Part shown: positions 29,789-38,543 of the stretch, in pieces
How the letters are laid out: each line of letters begins with the position of its first letter
How positions within the stretch are numbered: the first letter of the stretch is position 1
Sequence record: NC_135728.1
Direction: 5' to 3' (one strand)
DNA: 64,000 bases
Source: a phage
Notes under the pieces: generated by a model
Databases searched by the model: none
The model's input: the letters and a program-made list of their open reading frames with translations, nothing else
Told to the model about the DNA's origin: nothing
Made by a program: the position numbers and the translations under genes

Positions 29789-30040
29789 ATGACGAAGATT
29801 GACTTGAATGCTGGCGACCATGTTGTTGTCAAATGCATCGGAGATTATCTTGGATTCACAATCGGCAATACTTATGAGGCGGTAGTGGCGAAGGTTTATC
29901 ATGATAAAGTCCTCAGTCTTGTATTTGACTGCGATGATGATGGGGATGACCGATACGTCTGTGAGGTGCTGGCACGAGACGATAGTGAAGACCAGAAATT
30001 CCTGGTTATTGAACTGAACGGTATTTTTGTAGAACGTTAA
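29789..30040 (+). CDS. hypothetical acidic protein
   Basis: ORF track 29723..30040; ATG at 29789 after aggagcg RBS is the likelier start. Confidence 0.4.
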   Translation: MTKIDLNAGDHVVVKCIGDYLGFTIGNTYEAVVAKVYHDKVLSLVFDCDDDGDDRYVCEVLARDDSEDQKFLVIELNGIFVER

Positions 30041-30068
30041 TTTAAAACAACATAAGGAGACTCTTACT

Positions 30069-30374
30069 ATGGCTAAATCTAAAGTTGAACTGTTCACCTC
30101 TCTTCCTTCTGACACTGCAGAACGTGATCGCCTTCGCAAAACAATCGAAGAACTGGTGGAACTCCAGCTTCAGATTAAAGATCTGAAAGATGCCATCAAG
30201 GATATCATTCTTGTTGAGAAGCAGGATCATCTGTATTCTCCTAAATTCATCAAATCTTTGGTGGCTACAGAGTTTGATATCCGCTACGAAGCTGAAAAAC
30301 GTCGCGCTAAGATTGAAGAAGAGGTTGAGCACATGTCTGAGGCAGACATTCTGTTCAAACGCTCTGTAGAATAA
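30069..30374 (+). CDS. hypothetical coiled-coil protein
   Basis: 101 aa, aggaga RBS. Confidence 0.45.
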   Translation: MAKSKVELFTSLPSDTAERDRLRKTIEELVELQLQIKDLKDAIKDIILVEKQDHLYSPKFIKSLVATEFDIRYEAEKRRAKIEEEVEHMSEADILFKRSVE

Positions 30375-30381
30375 TATGGCA

Positions 30382-30410
30382 GAGGGGCTACGGCCCCTCT
30401 TTCACTATTT
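30382..30410 (+). terminator. rho-independent terminator
   Basis: GAGGGGC-TACG-GCCCCTC hairpin then TTTCACTATTT after stop of 30069..30374. Confidence 0.5.
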
Positions 30411-30426
30411 GCAAAAGGAACCAGCT

Positions 30427-30753
30427 ATGAGAATGCCAATCACTGTGAAAGAGCTAAATGAACGTGATGCAGGTGGTCTATGGCCTGCACGAAAAATCCG
30501 CTGCGTCTATATGAAAGAGAATCTTGAACATCTTGATCAACAGATCAAGGTCGGTGATATTTTCGAGGTCTTCTACTCCAATCGTCGCAACTGGGAAACC
30601 ATTCAGCCTTCTGGTTTTGTTCTTGCCAAACTTGACACTGGAGAAGTGATTATCCCTGGGTTGGATATTGTCTTCGAAATTATCCAGGAGTGGGATCCAG
30701 ATAAGATTAGATACGAAGAATTATTCGGTAAAGGTATTATCAAACCTGTGTGA
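30427..30753 (+). CDS. hypothetical protein
   Basis: ORF track 30376..30753 starts inside terminator hairpin; ATG at 30427 after aaggaa RBS is the likelier start. Confidence 0.45.
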   Translation: MRMPITVKELNERDAGGLWPARKIRCVYMKENLEHLDQQIKVGDIFEVFYSNRRNWETIQPSGFVLAKLDTGEVIIPGLDIVFEIIQEWDPDKIRYEELFGKGIIKPV

Positions 30754-31061
30754 GGTGGATTATGTCTACAAAGGCGGCTAAATACTCCTATATGCCATCA
30801 ACCTCTGCAGAGGTAGACTTTAGTTTCGATGTATTTCCACTGTTTGAGGTGGTTCTGGCATACCCTACAATACTATCTACTCCTGAATCACTTGTGCCTG
30901 TTAAGTTGCAGAACGCTATGCATTCCATGCACTACAACAATAAATGTAGGCACAGATGGTGTCAGGACGAGGAAAAAGATTTGGATAGTTTGAGGGATTT
31001 TGACAGTCACCTTTTGACACCTTTCAGCTACTCCAACCTTGATAAGCCCTCATGGGTATAG
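30750..31061 (+). CDS. hypothetical protein
   Basis: 103-aa ORF, coupled. Confidence 0.4.
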   Translation: MRWIMSTKAAKYSYMPSTSAEVDFSFDVFPLFEVVLAYPTILSTPESLVPVKLQNAMHSMHYNNKCRHRWCQDEEKDLDSLRDFDSHLLTPFSYSNLDKPSWV

Positions 31062-31085
31062 CAAAATATCAAATTTAAGACACCT

Positions 31086-31112
31086 AGGACGCTCTGTGGC
31101 GTCCTTTTCTTT
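31086..31112 (+). terminator. rho-independent terminator
   Basis: GGACGC-TCTGT-GGCGTCC hairpin followed by TTTTCTTT. Confidence 0.6.
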
Positions 31113-31275
31113 ATCTGGTGCACGATTGCATACCTTGGGTAGTTAATCTCATTACAGAGCGTTTAAGAGCTTCCTACAAACAACTCCATATTTCGAGCGT
31201 AGCGAGAACGCACGTCCGTTTTGACCCAAATCACCATACGCTCGGATTTTAACCAAACCCTCGCGGCGTTTCTGT

Positions 31276-31305
31276 TGACACATTGCCGCTCCAGTGATAG
31301 TATCC
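31276..31305 (+). promoter_or_regulatory. sigma70-like promoter TTGACA-N17-TAGTAT
   Basis: Hexamers read directly upstream of small ORFs at about 31324. Confidence 0.45.
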
Positions 31306-31323
31306 ACACATAGTCTGGAGAAT

Positions 31324-31425
31324 ATGGAGTGCACAATGAAAACATTGTCCGAAGTTTTGGTGGTGATCCTGATGATCATTACGTCCATAGCGGCTGTTGC
31401 CGGAATACTCACGGGTGGAACATGA
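31324..31425 (+). CDS. small hydrophobic peptide (about 33 aa)
   Basis: Below ORF-track cutoff; ATG after ggag RBS; translation MECTMKTLSEVLVVILMIITSIAAVAGILTGGT; stop overlaps next ATG. Confidence 0.3.
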   Translation: MECTMKTLSEVLVVILMIITSIAAVAGILTGGT

Positions 31426-31634
31426 TAAACACACATGCATCTGAAGAGACATCCAAAGGAGTGACTATATGTCCCTTGACTGAGCCAGTGCAAGAGGAAA
31501 ACTTCGATTCTGAAGATTCTCCATCTTTGCTCCAGGTAGATCCTGAGGCTGATGACCTAACGTGGGAAGACATCGTAGATATCTGGTTCTCTATTATGCC
31601 TGAGCACGAAGAGTTCAGGGGTGGTAGACTATGA
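31422..31634 (+). CDS. hypothetical acidic protein
   Basis: Internal ATG of ORF 31329..31634 overlapping upstream stop (ATGA); acidic C-terminus. Confidence 0.35.
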   Translation: MINTHASEETSKGVTICPLTEPVQEENFDSEDSPSLLQVDPEADDLTWEDIVDIWFSIMPEHEEFRGGRL

Positions 31635-31755
31635 AGCACCGAGCCCACACAGGTTCCTCATGCTAAAGCATGGCCTGAAGAGGCAAACGTGTATAATTCC
31701 AGCGTATTGGGACGTATAAAACCCAGTTCACACTCTCATTTCCAGAGGAGATTTC

Positions 31756-31971
31756 ATGAAGATAGAAATATTTGGTGGGGCTGACAACACTCGTGGCCTG
31801 ATTTACCTTGAATTCGATGAATCATACCTGCCAGAGGTGTTAAATATGGACTCTGTTGCTGAGGCTTTGGGAGTAAGTCCTAAAGATCTCCACTCTGGTG
31901 CTGAGATTGATGGTTGGGAGGAGACCATGAACATCGATTTCAGTGAAGTAGGGGATGAACCACTGGACTGA
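31756..31971 (+). CDS. small acidic protein (MKIEIF N-terminus)
   Basis: 71 aa, RBS gaggag; last plus-strand gene before the non-coding region. Confidence 0.45.
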   Translation: MKIEIFGGADNTRGLIYLEFDESYLPEVLNMDSVAEALGVSPKDLHSGAEIDGWEETMNIDFSEVGDEPLD

Positions 31972-32199
31972 CACACAATTAGTTGCCCGGCTAAAGTGCT
32001 GGGAGCACCCATAACACATCTTTCAACTAAATTTCCTACCACCACAATCACTTACCTCCCACACATGACTGTTTGCTTGTTTAGTGAGCAGTCATGCCTT
32101 GACATTCTTGCCTATCCTGATAAAATTAAGTTCTTCTCTTTTCTTTTACCGAGTAATTCGGGTTTTCTGTTCTCTTCGGTTTGAAGGGGTATGGAGATA

Positions 32200-32840
32200 C
32201 ACCTGAGTGAACAGGGTGAACAACCGAACCATTGGCTATGGCATTAGCATGGCGAAGCGGACGGGTGACGAAAGAGGGGCCGGAGGACACCAGTCACTGC
32301 CATATGATATATGGGTGATAACCTGAAGAGTCTGAATAAGTGTTTAAGTACCAGTCAGAGGAAAAGGTGAATGGTAGCCGAAGGGGGAGGGGGGTTACCT
32401 GCTTCTGTAAACATGCATCTGAAATACTACTTTAGATAACCTGAACCTGCCTTTCTGACAAATATTCCCTATTAAACTTGAATTATTTATAGAAAATACC
32501 ACAACACCACTTAAGTCTTTGATTTTACACACAAATCTTACAGATATTAAACCTCTCTATTTAACATACCTGTAACATATACTATACTCCACCTGTCTGA
32601 TCAATTTCCCCAACTACATCCCCATATTTTCCCTGTCTGTACTACCCCTGCCCCGCCGGGAGTCCCGTCATATCTGGCTTTCCAGCAAATATCACACCCA
32701 CAAATATCATCACCTGAAGAGGGTTTCATCCCATAATACATGCCTTACCTGAAGAGCGCTTCATATACCCCGTAAATTTTTTAATTGACCCCCTCCCCGC
32801 CGCCGGAGGGGTTGGCTTTTCCCACACAAACCTGAAGAGT
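32200..32840. repeat. dispersed ACCTGAAGAG repeats in non-coding region
   Basis: ACCTGAAGAG read at about 32322, 32712, 32750 and 32830, with ACCTGA half-sites at about 32205 and 32440. Confidence 0.5.
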
Positions 32841-33394
32841 CAGCCAGAAATATCTGAACAGCCAGTTATACCACGATTTTGTGCTTGTCCTACAGGAGTG
32901 CTTCCCTGTCAGGAGCCGGTAGCGACTGGAGTGCTGCCAGGCGGACGAAATGGGAATACTTCTCATTCTTATAACAATTCTCAAATATCGAGGCAGTGAG
33001 GCAAATTAATAGGTGAGGCCGTTCACACAGTGGCACAACATTTGCAACCTATCTTGTGGGATTGAATGAGAATACCTATCATTGTGAGAACTGTTATCAT
33101 TACGGGCAATTTAACATAATACCCATTATGCGCACCACTGGCGATACATACAGGGATTTATAACATGAGTTACTGTTTACGTATATAACAATTATATTTC
33201 TTACTATTTGTGTGGGATATAGTTAGCAGCCGATAGATTAGATATTGACCTGCAGACTTCCAACCGTCTAGACGTCTAAACGCCCACACAACAAGGTTTA
33301 TACATACATTACTGAATGTAAACAGGGCCGCAAAAATGCTACCATACAAGATTGTAAATTTTTCATGCAGCACTTGACAAAGAGGAGAAAAACT

Positions 33395-33476
33395 TGTCTG
33401 ACACTTTAGACACAATAGTGACATAATATGACACCTTTGACACACTGGACACATTAAACATAATTGACATGCCTGA
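33395..33476. repeat. array of (T/A/G)GACA(C/T) hexamers at about 10-bp spacing
   Basis: tgacac, agacac, tgacat, tgacac, tgacac, ggacac, tgacat read in series in AT-rich context. Confidence 0.5.
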
Positions 33477-33509
33477 CTGTTTACATAGCTAACTATTTAC
33501 TAAAAAATG

Positions 33510-33850
33510 ATAAGCCATGCCATTCGTTTGCATGATAAAGATTAGCAAGTTAATAATCTTTCGCTGGCTATGCCAGGTGACCTTTGGTCACCCCTTCGGG
33601 TGTTTCTATGACATAATATAAAAGCAGGGCAACTATTAGCAGATCATAGTTGCCTTGCTTGTTAACACCCTTGAGACGAAGGCTTTGCCTGAGTTTATGT
33701 CATGATTAACTAAATACAAGGCAACTATGATCTGATTAATAGTTTGCAGACAAACTATCACGGGGGTGATGGTTACTGCTTTTATATTATGTCGCGACTC
33801 CGTCGCGCCATGCCATTCGTTTGCATAGTTGCCTTATTGTTACGAATAAA
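33510..33850. repeat. inverted and direct repeat complex
   Basis: 18-bp perfect inverted repeat GACATAATATAAAAGCAG / CTGCTTTTATATTATGTC (about 33611 and 33777); direct repeat GCCATGCCATTCGTTTGCAT (about 33515 and 33808); palindromes GGTGACCTTTGGTCACC and GGCAACTAT...ATAGTTGCC. Confidence 0.55.
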
Positions 33851-34452
33851 ACAATTGCATTGTTAATGATTTCTTATCTTTCTCTTAGTCATCTAATGAT
33901 TCCAGTCAGTCTAGTAATGTACAGTAAACATTAGACGACTAAAGATTTCCCTGTTTATGATAACTCACCGTGATAATTTCAGGCTGTTTACTAAAAATGT
34001 TGACACCTAAGCTGATTTATGTTATGCAGTTTACACGAATAATTATTTTATGCAGGTATTGACTATTCCGTTATTCTATGGTTGGAATAAATACTTAGCA
34101 GACTATAGAATGGTGAGCGTACGTAAATTCTGAGATCTGGCGGCTATAGTTATACTCGATTTTTCACGTAGAACACGCTTTTGTGAGTGTGTAAGTGTAT
34201 GACTTATAAAGATTTTTAGTTGTTGACAAGATATTGAAGATGTGCATCAGGTTAAATTTTGTGCAATAGCGGCATTACGTGCAATTCTGAGAGAGAAAAC
34301 GGGTAAAAATGGCCCTGCTACCACAAGATGAAAGATTATGCAATAGTTATTTTTATATGTATATTTGTACAGTAGGGTTAATTGCTGGCTTGTTGATTAT
34401 TCCACTTGCCAGGTGGGGCCGTTTGTGGTAGGAGAAATACAGACAAAAAGAA

Positions 34453-34480
34453 AGGGGCCTTTTAAAGCCCCTGATAGTTT
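34453..34480 (-). terminator. rho-independent terminator (minus strand)
   Basis: Minus-strand hairpin AGGGGC-TTTAAAA-GGCCCCT followed by TTCTTTTTGTCT after stop of 34491..34910. Confidence 0.5.
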
Positions 34481-34490
34481 AGTTAAGAAA

Positions 34491-34910
34491 TTATAATGAT
34501 TCGTATATTTCAAAAATCCGATTTGCCAGGTCGTTACGGTAGCGGAATTTTTCCTCACGTTTGATCATCAGATCTTTAAAGCCATATTCTTTAAGCACTT
34601 CATTAACTTTATGGCGGCATACCTTCATATTATCTTGTGCGTCACCAATAAACTTGTTGCTATGGTGCATGGCTTTAATTTCTTCTTCCAGGACCAGGGC
34701 AACTATGCGGACCGGATCAAGCTGATAGGCGGTAACATCAATGCGGCATTGTAAACGGCTTTTTACGTCTGCCACCGGATATACTGCAACCTCTTCCCCG
34801 TCAACATTGACAATAATTAGTTTACCATCGATTTCGAATCCTTTCGCCGCCGGACCGTGACAAAAAGCGTTATCAAAGCTATATGCCGGATTATTAGATT
34901 TAATGTTCAT
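34491..34910 (-). CDS. hypothetical protein
   Basis: 139-aa ORF with agagg RBS and upstream promoter. Confidence 0.5.
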   Translation of the reverse strand: MNIKSNNPAYSFDNAFCHGPAAKGFEIDGKLIIVNVDGEEVAVYPVADVKSRLQCRIDVTAYQLDPVRIVALVLEEEIKAMHHSNKFIGDAQDNMKVCRHKVNEVLKEYGFKDLMIKREEKFRYRNDLANRIFEIYESL

Positions 34911-34959
34911 GGTGTTTTTACCTCTTAGTTAATTTTCTTACAACTTCCCTTCAAAAAAG

Positions 34960-34988
34960 AATATAGCAAAACTGCCGATCCTTGTCAA
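34960..34988 (-). promoter_or_regulatory. sigma70-like promoter TTGACA-N17-TATATT with palindrome over -35
   Basis: Minus-strand hexamers read directly; ATCCTTGGTTGACAAGGAT palindrome spans the -35. Confidence 0.5.
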
Positions 34989-35055
34989 CCAAGGATAGCA
35001 TAATTTTTATGTGATCAAGGGGCTTTATTGCCCCCTGATCGTGCAACTTGTTGTA

Positions 35056-35319
35056 TTATTTGTTACTCATCCAGTTTTCCCAGGCTGCCTGATAATCTGC
35101 CTCACTGCGGCGGATCTCTTCTTGCTCTTCAAGTCGGATCTCTTCTTCCAGGTACCCCAAGATATCGGCTTTCTTGGTCTGGCGTAACATCCAATCATCT
35201 TTTTTACGGGTAAAGATCTTATATGCTTTCTCGCAAACCTCTTTTTTGCTACCTTTTTGGACTTCAAGAACTTTGTAGGCCATGTACTGAACTAGTTTAA
35301 GCTGATCAAGACGTTTCAT
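35056..35319 (-). CDS. hypothetical protein
   Basis: 87-aa ORF with agagg RBS. Confidence 0.45.
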   Translation of the reverse strand: MKRLDQLKLVQYMAYKVLEVQKGSKKEVCEKAYKIFTRKKDDWMLRQTKKADILGYLEEEIRLEEQEEIRRSEADYQAAWENWMSNK

Positions 35320-35379
35320 GATGTTTACCTCTTTGTGTGGTTCTGATTAGTGGGCCTCCCGGCCCGTGTCATTATCTTA

Positions 35380-35652
35380 TTACTTACGGCGGCAGAATTC
35401 AAGCGTTTTTAATTGATAATCTTCCTCAGCCTGGAGTACAACCGCCTCGATCATTTCGTTGGCATTGTTGAAGCCATACCCTTTAGCGAACTCGTCCGCA
35501 CCACCTTCGTGATCATGTTCTGCGTTCATCGCTTCCACAAAATGGAATTCCAAATTGTTGAGGTAGGGGCTTGATGTGCCGTCTTCTTTTTCGATGAGAT
35601 CCCAAATAGCATTAAAACGTGATTCGACTTCTTGATTAATCCAGCTTGACAT
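35380..35652 (-). CDS. hypothetical acidic protein
   Basis: 90-aa ORF; upstream promoter and UTR hairpin. Confidence 0.45.
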   Translation of the reverse strand: MSSWINQEVESRFNAIWDLIEKEDGTSSPYLNNLEFHFVEAMNAEHDHEGGADEFAKGYGFNNANEMIEAVVLQAEEDYQLKTLEFCRRK

Positions 35653-35694
35653 AGTGTTTTCCTCTCTTCTGGTTGTTGTGTGGGCACCTTTGCC

Positions 35695-35730
35695 CCTTCA
35701 AGATAAATGTTACCCCACCCCCTGGCAGAT
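35695..35730 (-). promoter_or_regulatory. promoter TTGACA-N17-TAACAT plus 5' UTR hairpin
   Basis: Minus-strand TTGACATCTGCCAGGGGGTGGGGTAACAT followed by GGGCA-AAGG-TGCCC hairpin and RBS. Confidence 0.4.
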
Positions 35731-35870
35731 GTCAACGGTTTTTATAGTTCTTATATGACAGGCAGGCCTGGTGATTGTCTCCCCCTGTTCCCAAGTGCCG
35801 CCCGTTTAATAAGAATAGCAAAAGGGGCCGAACAAGTCAACCCCAAAATCAGTACCAAAACACTTTTTAT

Positions 35871-36182
35871 TTATACGGTCCGGTCATTGGCCTTTGTCCA
35901 GGACCTGGCGATCCGTTTCCCAGTCACCTGGAACGGAGACTGCATTGTGTGTAGTGAATCCAGCGTAAGGGAGGACCGTTTACGGCGTATCTTCAGGATC
36001 GCCAATGTATTGTCCATCTCACGGCCAGGTCCTGGGCGGTATGGTGTGCCTCCAGCGTTAAGGTTGATGATCTCATGTATTGAGATCCGGCGTTGTTTTG
36101 CTTCCGCATCTTTGAAGATAGCCAGTGGAGGCGCTATGCGTTGCCGATACCAATCTAAAACGGTTGGCGTAATAGCGATCAT
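35871..36182 (-). CDS. hypothetical protein
   Basis: 103-aa ORF whose start overlaps the stop of 36179..36370 (ATGA), consistent with the minus-strand cluster. Confidence 0.4.
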   Translation of the reverse strand: MIAITPTVLDWYRQRIAPPLAIFKDAEAKQRRISIHEIINLNAGGTPYRPGPGREMDNTLAILKIRRKRSSLTLDSLHTMQSPFQVTGKRIARSWTKANDRTV

Positions 36183-36370
36183 ATTTTACCCCCTATGTAG
36201 TCCGGTCGGTTTTTCTCTGTCATGCGTTTAAGCAATTCTTGCATATGGCCTATAGCTTGTAGCGTGTCTTCTTCCAGGCTTGAATCTACATAATCAGGAT
36301 CGTCTATCACCTTTTTATGATTATGATAACGCAGTACCGCCAATACCTTTCTAACTTGTTCAGTATTCAT
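36179..36370 (-). CDS. hypothetical protein
   Basis: 63-aa ORF. Confidence 0.4.
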   Translation of the reverse strand: MNTEQVRKVLAVLRYHNHKKVIDDPDYVDSSLEEDTLQAIGHMQELLKRMTEKNRPDYIGGKI

Positions 36371-36386
36371 TTTACATCGCCCTTAC

Positions 36387-36677
36387 TTATTGTTGGCGGT
36401 TTACGTAAGCTTTACCGTTTACCGTCATCGGCAAATCTTCCAGGCCTGGATCTTCCTTAAGGTCGCGAGCAAGTTCACCGCACCGGATACCCTCGAATCC
36501 GTAGTACTCTGTTGTACCGTCATTAAAAGTTTTAGTGGCAAGGCATAAGCGATAAGTAACCCCGATTCGATTGACGGCATGAATATCCGTTAGATTAACC
36601 TCTTTTGCCAGCTCATTAGCCATTGCAGGCGCACTAAGTCCAACAACCAGGGCAACCACTGCGATCATCTTTTTCAT
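36387..36677 (-). CDS. secreted protein with signal peptide
   Basis: N-terminus MKKMIAVVALVVGLSAPAMA is a classical signal peptide. Confidence 0.5.
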   Translation of the reverse strand: MKKMIAVVALVVGLSAPAMANELAKEVNLTDIHAVNRIGVTYRLCLATKTFNDGTTEYYGFEGIRCGELARDLKEDPGLEDLPMTVNGKAYVNRQQ

Positions 36678-36768
36678 TGTGTCTATCCTCTTTCTGCTAC
36701 GTTTAAGGCGGCGGTAACCGCCTGTTTATGATTTGTTGGTTAATTTTCGGGTATCGGTATAAATTAAA

Positions 36769-36984
36769 CTATGCTGTACGCTCAACTATAACAACGGTTT
36801 GGGGGATCTCCCCTTCCACCACTAGTAAGGCCTTTTTCTGCGTGATAGATATCTTTACCCGTTGCAGCGTGGCGGTGAAGTCTTTCATTTCGTCACGCGG
36901 TGTTTTAGTGCAGTACCAGATCTCAGGCTTGCCGATCTGTAAGTTGCGTAAAAATTCTGTTTTGCCCGTTTTGTTAGTGATCAT
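36769..36984 (-). CDS. hypothetical protein
   Basis: 71-aa ORF. Confidence 0.4.
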   Translation of the reverse strand: MITNKTGKTEFLRNLQIGKPEIWYCTKTPRDEMKDFTATLQRVKISITQKKALLVVEGEIPQTVVIVERTA

Positions 36985-36996
36985 TTGCCAACCTCA

Positions 36997-37098
36997 CCCG
37001 ATACCGTTGGAAGACAAGATCATATTAGACATGGTTGCAATCAGGCCAATACCCAGGGCAATAATCAAGATCACTGCATCGATTAATTTCTGTTTCAT
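36997..37098 (-). CDS. small hydrophobic peptide (about 33 aa)
   Basis: Below ORF-track cutoff; translation MKQKLIDAVILIIALGIGLIATMSNMILSSNGIG; coordinates approximate. Confidence 0.3.
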
Positions 37099-37175
37099 GG
37101 TGTTTATTCTCTTCTGTTAGTAACCTTATTCATGGGGCCGCTACCACAGCCCCAGGGTAAGGCGGCTATGTGCTT

Positions 37176-37421
37176 TTAGTGTTTCATTCCAACCATCGCG
37201 GCACGGATCGCCGTAGTGCTGTACTTGAAGCCGTCCGGGGTCTTATCTTGTCCGGTTAGCTCCAGAAAAAGCATCATATCCCGCGCCGCATCATTACGAT
37301 TAGCATTAGCGTTAATAAAGCCTTGGGCCAACCGGTACAATGACTCATCGTTATTAATCCAAAGGCTTACATTCCAATGAGTTTTGTTTTTGTAACCGTT
37401 ATAACCTTTATTGCTTTTCAT
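37176..37421 (-). CDS. hypothetical protein
   Basis: 81-aa ORF with agaggtaaaca RBS. Confidence 0.45.
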   Translation of the reverse strand: MKSNKGYNGYKNKTHWNVSLWINNDESLYRLAQGFINANANRNDAARDMMLFLELTGQDKTPDGFKYSTTAIRAAMVGMKH

Positions 37422-37513
37422 GGTGTTTACCTCTTCTTTGTTCCGGGGTGGCGGATCATTCTACCACCTTATGTATTATGCTTTGTTAGATGGTTGTTTG
37501 TTGTCAAACTATT

Positions 37514-37693
37514 TTAACGATAATCATCGTACGCTTTATTAACCTGGCGAATATAACATTCAAAAGCTAGATCAATAGATTCATATTCACGGATATACTC
37601 ACCATAGGAAACCACATACATTTCTATAGCTTCCTCATATGCGAGGAGAATAGAATCTAAGCCTACGATCTCGGTCTTTGCAATAATAGCCAT
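37514..37693 (-). CDS. hypothetical protein (59 aa)
   Basis: Just below ORF-track cutoff; ATG after agagga RBS; translation begins MAIIAKTEIVGLDSILLAYEE; coordinates approximate. Confidence 0.4.
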   Translation of the reverse strand: MAIIAKTEIVGLDSILLAYEEAIEMYVVSYGEYIREYESIDLAFECYIRQVNKAYDDYR

Positions 37694-37768
37694 GATTTTT
37701 ATCCTCTTTGTGGTTGGTGGGGCTTGTTGCTCCCTTTGATTTATATATTACAGTTTTATATGGTCATG

Positions 37769-38002
37769 TCAACTATTTTCAAAAAATTTTTCTGCTGTGA
37801 TATTCTTCCCGGTAGGGTTCGCTACTTTCAAAATTCTATCATGCACCGGACGCCCGAAAGAATAAGATCCGTATACAGTAAACCAATAATCACCGTCAGG
37901 CTGTACTATTACCGCCGCATATGGTACGCCTTTTTCGTTTTTGCTGACAAAATAGATCACATTGCCATTAATAGCCTCAGCGCGTTTAATTTGTTCCATC
38001 AT
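37769..38002 (-). CDS. hypothetical protein
   Basis: 77-aa ORF with agagg RBS. Confidence 0.45.
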   Translation of the reverse strand: MMEQIKRAEAINGNVIYFVSKNEKGVPYAAVIVQPDGDYWFTVYGSYSFGRPVHDRILKVANPTGKNITAEKFFENS

Positions 38003-38056
38003 GATGATTTACCTCTCTTTATTTTCATAATTGGGGCCTTTTCGGCCCCGCCAGGT

Positions 38057-38341
38057 TTATTTATTGATAGCGTGCAGCGGGAAAGCTACGCCAGGTTGAT
38101 AAATAACCTTTACAACCTCATCAGGACAAAAGAAGTTGCAGAACTCACCGCAGTAGGCCTCATCCTCTTTCAACTCTTCATTAACATACTCAAAAAAGTA
38201 GTCGATGCTTGGATAATCCTGGCCGGGATTATAGTCAACCATCGTTAATAATAACTCTTGATCATTCCGTAGGATATGCATACCCGCTTTTAAGTATTTT
38301 GCTTCCATTTCTACTACATCGCCAGCGGTAACAATAGCCAT
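38057..38341 (-). CDS. hypothetical protein
   Basis: 94-aa ORF; MAIVTAGDV N-terminus resembles 37514..37693. Confidence 0.45.
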   Translation of the reverse strand: MAIVTAGDVVEMEAKYLKAGMHILRNDQELLLTMVDYNPGQDYPSIDYFFEYVNEELKEDEAYCGEFCNFFCPDEVVKVIYQPGVAFPLHAINK

Positions 38342-38543
38342 GATTTTAACTCCTATCTATCTGGTCAATGATTGGGGGCCTCCCCCCTCGACAACTCTTA
38401 TTATCCATATTGTCGGGAATGATGCAAGTACTTCTTTAAAAATTTTTTAAGCGCCTTAGGGCCGTTGTAACGTCAAAACAATAAAGGCTATGCGATTGCA
38501 TAGCCTGCTAGTGTTTAGGTCGCTGTAGGCCCTGCCTGGGGCC

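Noticed and set aside
31972-34490. tRNA genes in the large non-coding region
   Set aside because: No T-loop-like GTTCGAATC or GTTCAAATC motif and no cloverleaf-compatible spacing found by eye; a proper tRNA scan could still find divergent tRNAs
35707-36231. 174-aa plus-strand ORF as a gene
   Set aside because: Antisense to the minus-strand cluster, spans promoter and terminator elements, and its conserved peptide TGRPGDCLP comes from a repeated non-coding nucleotide element
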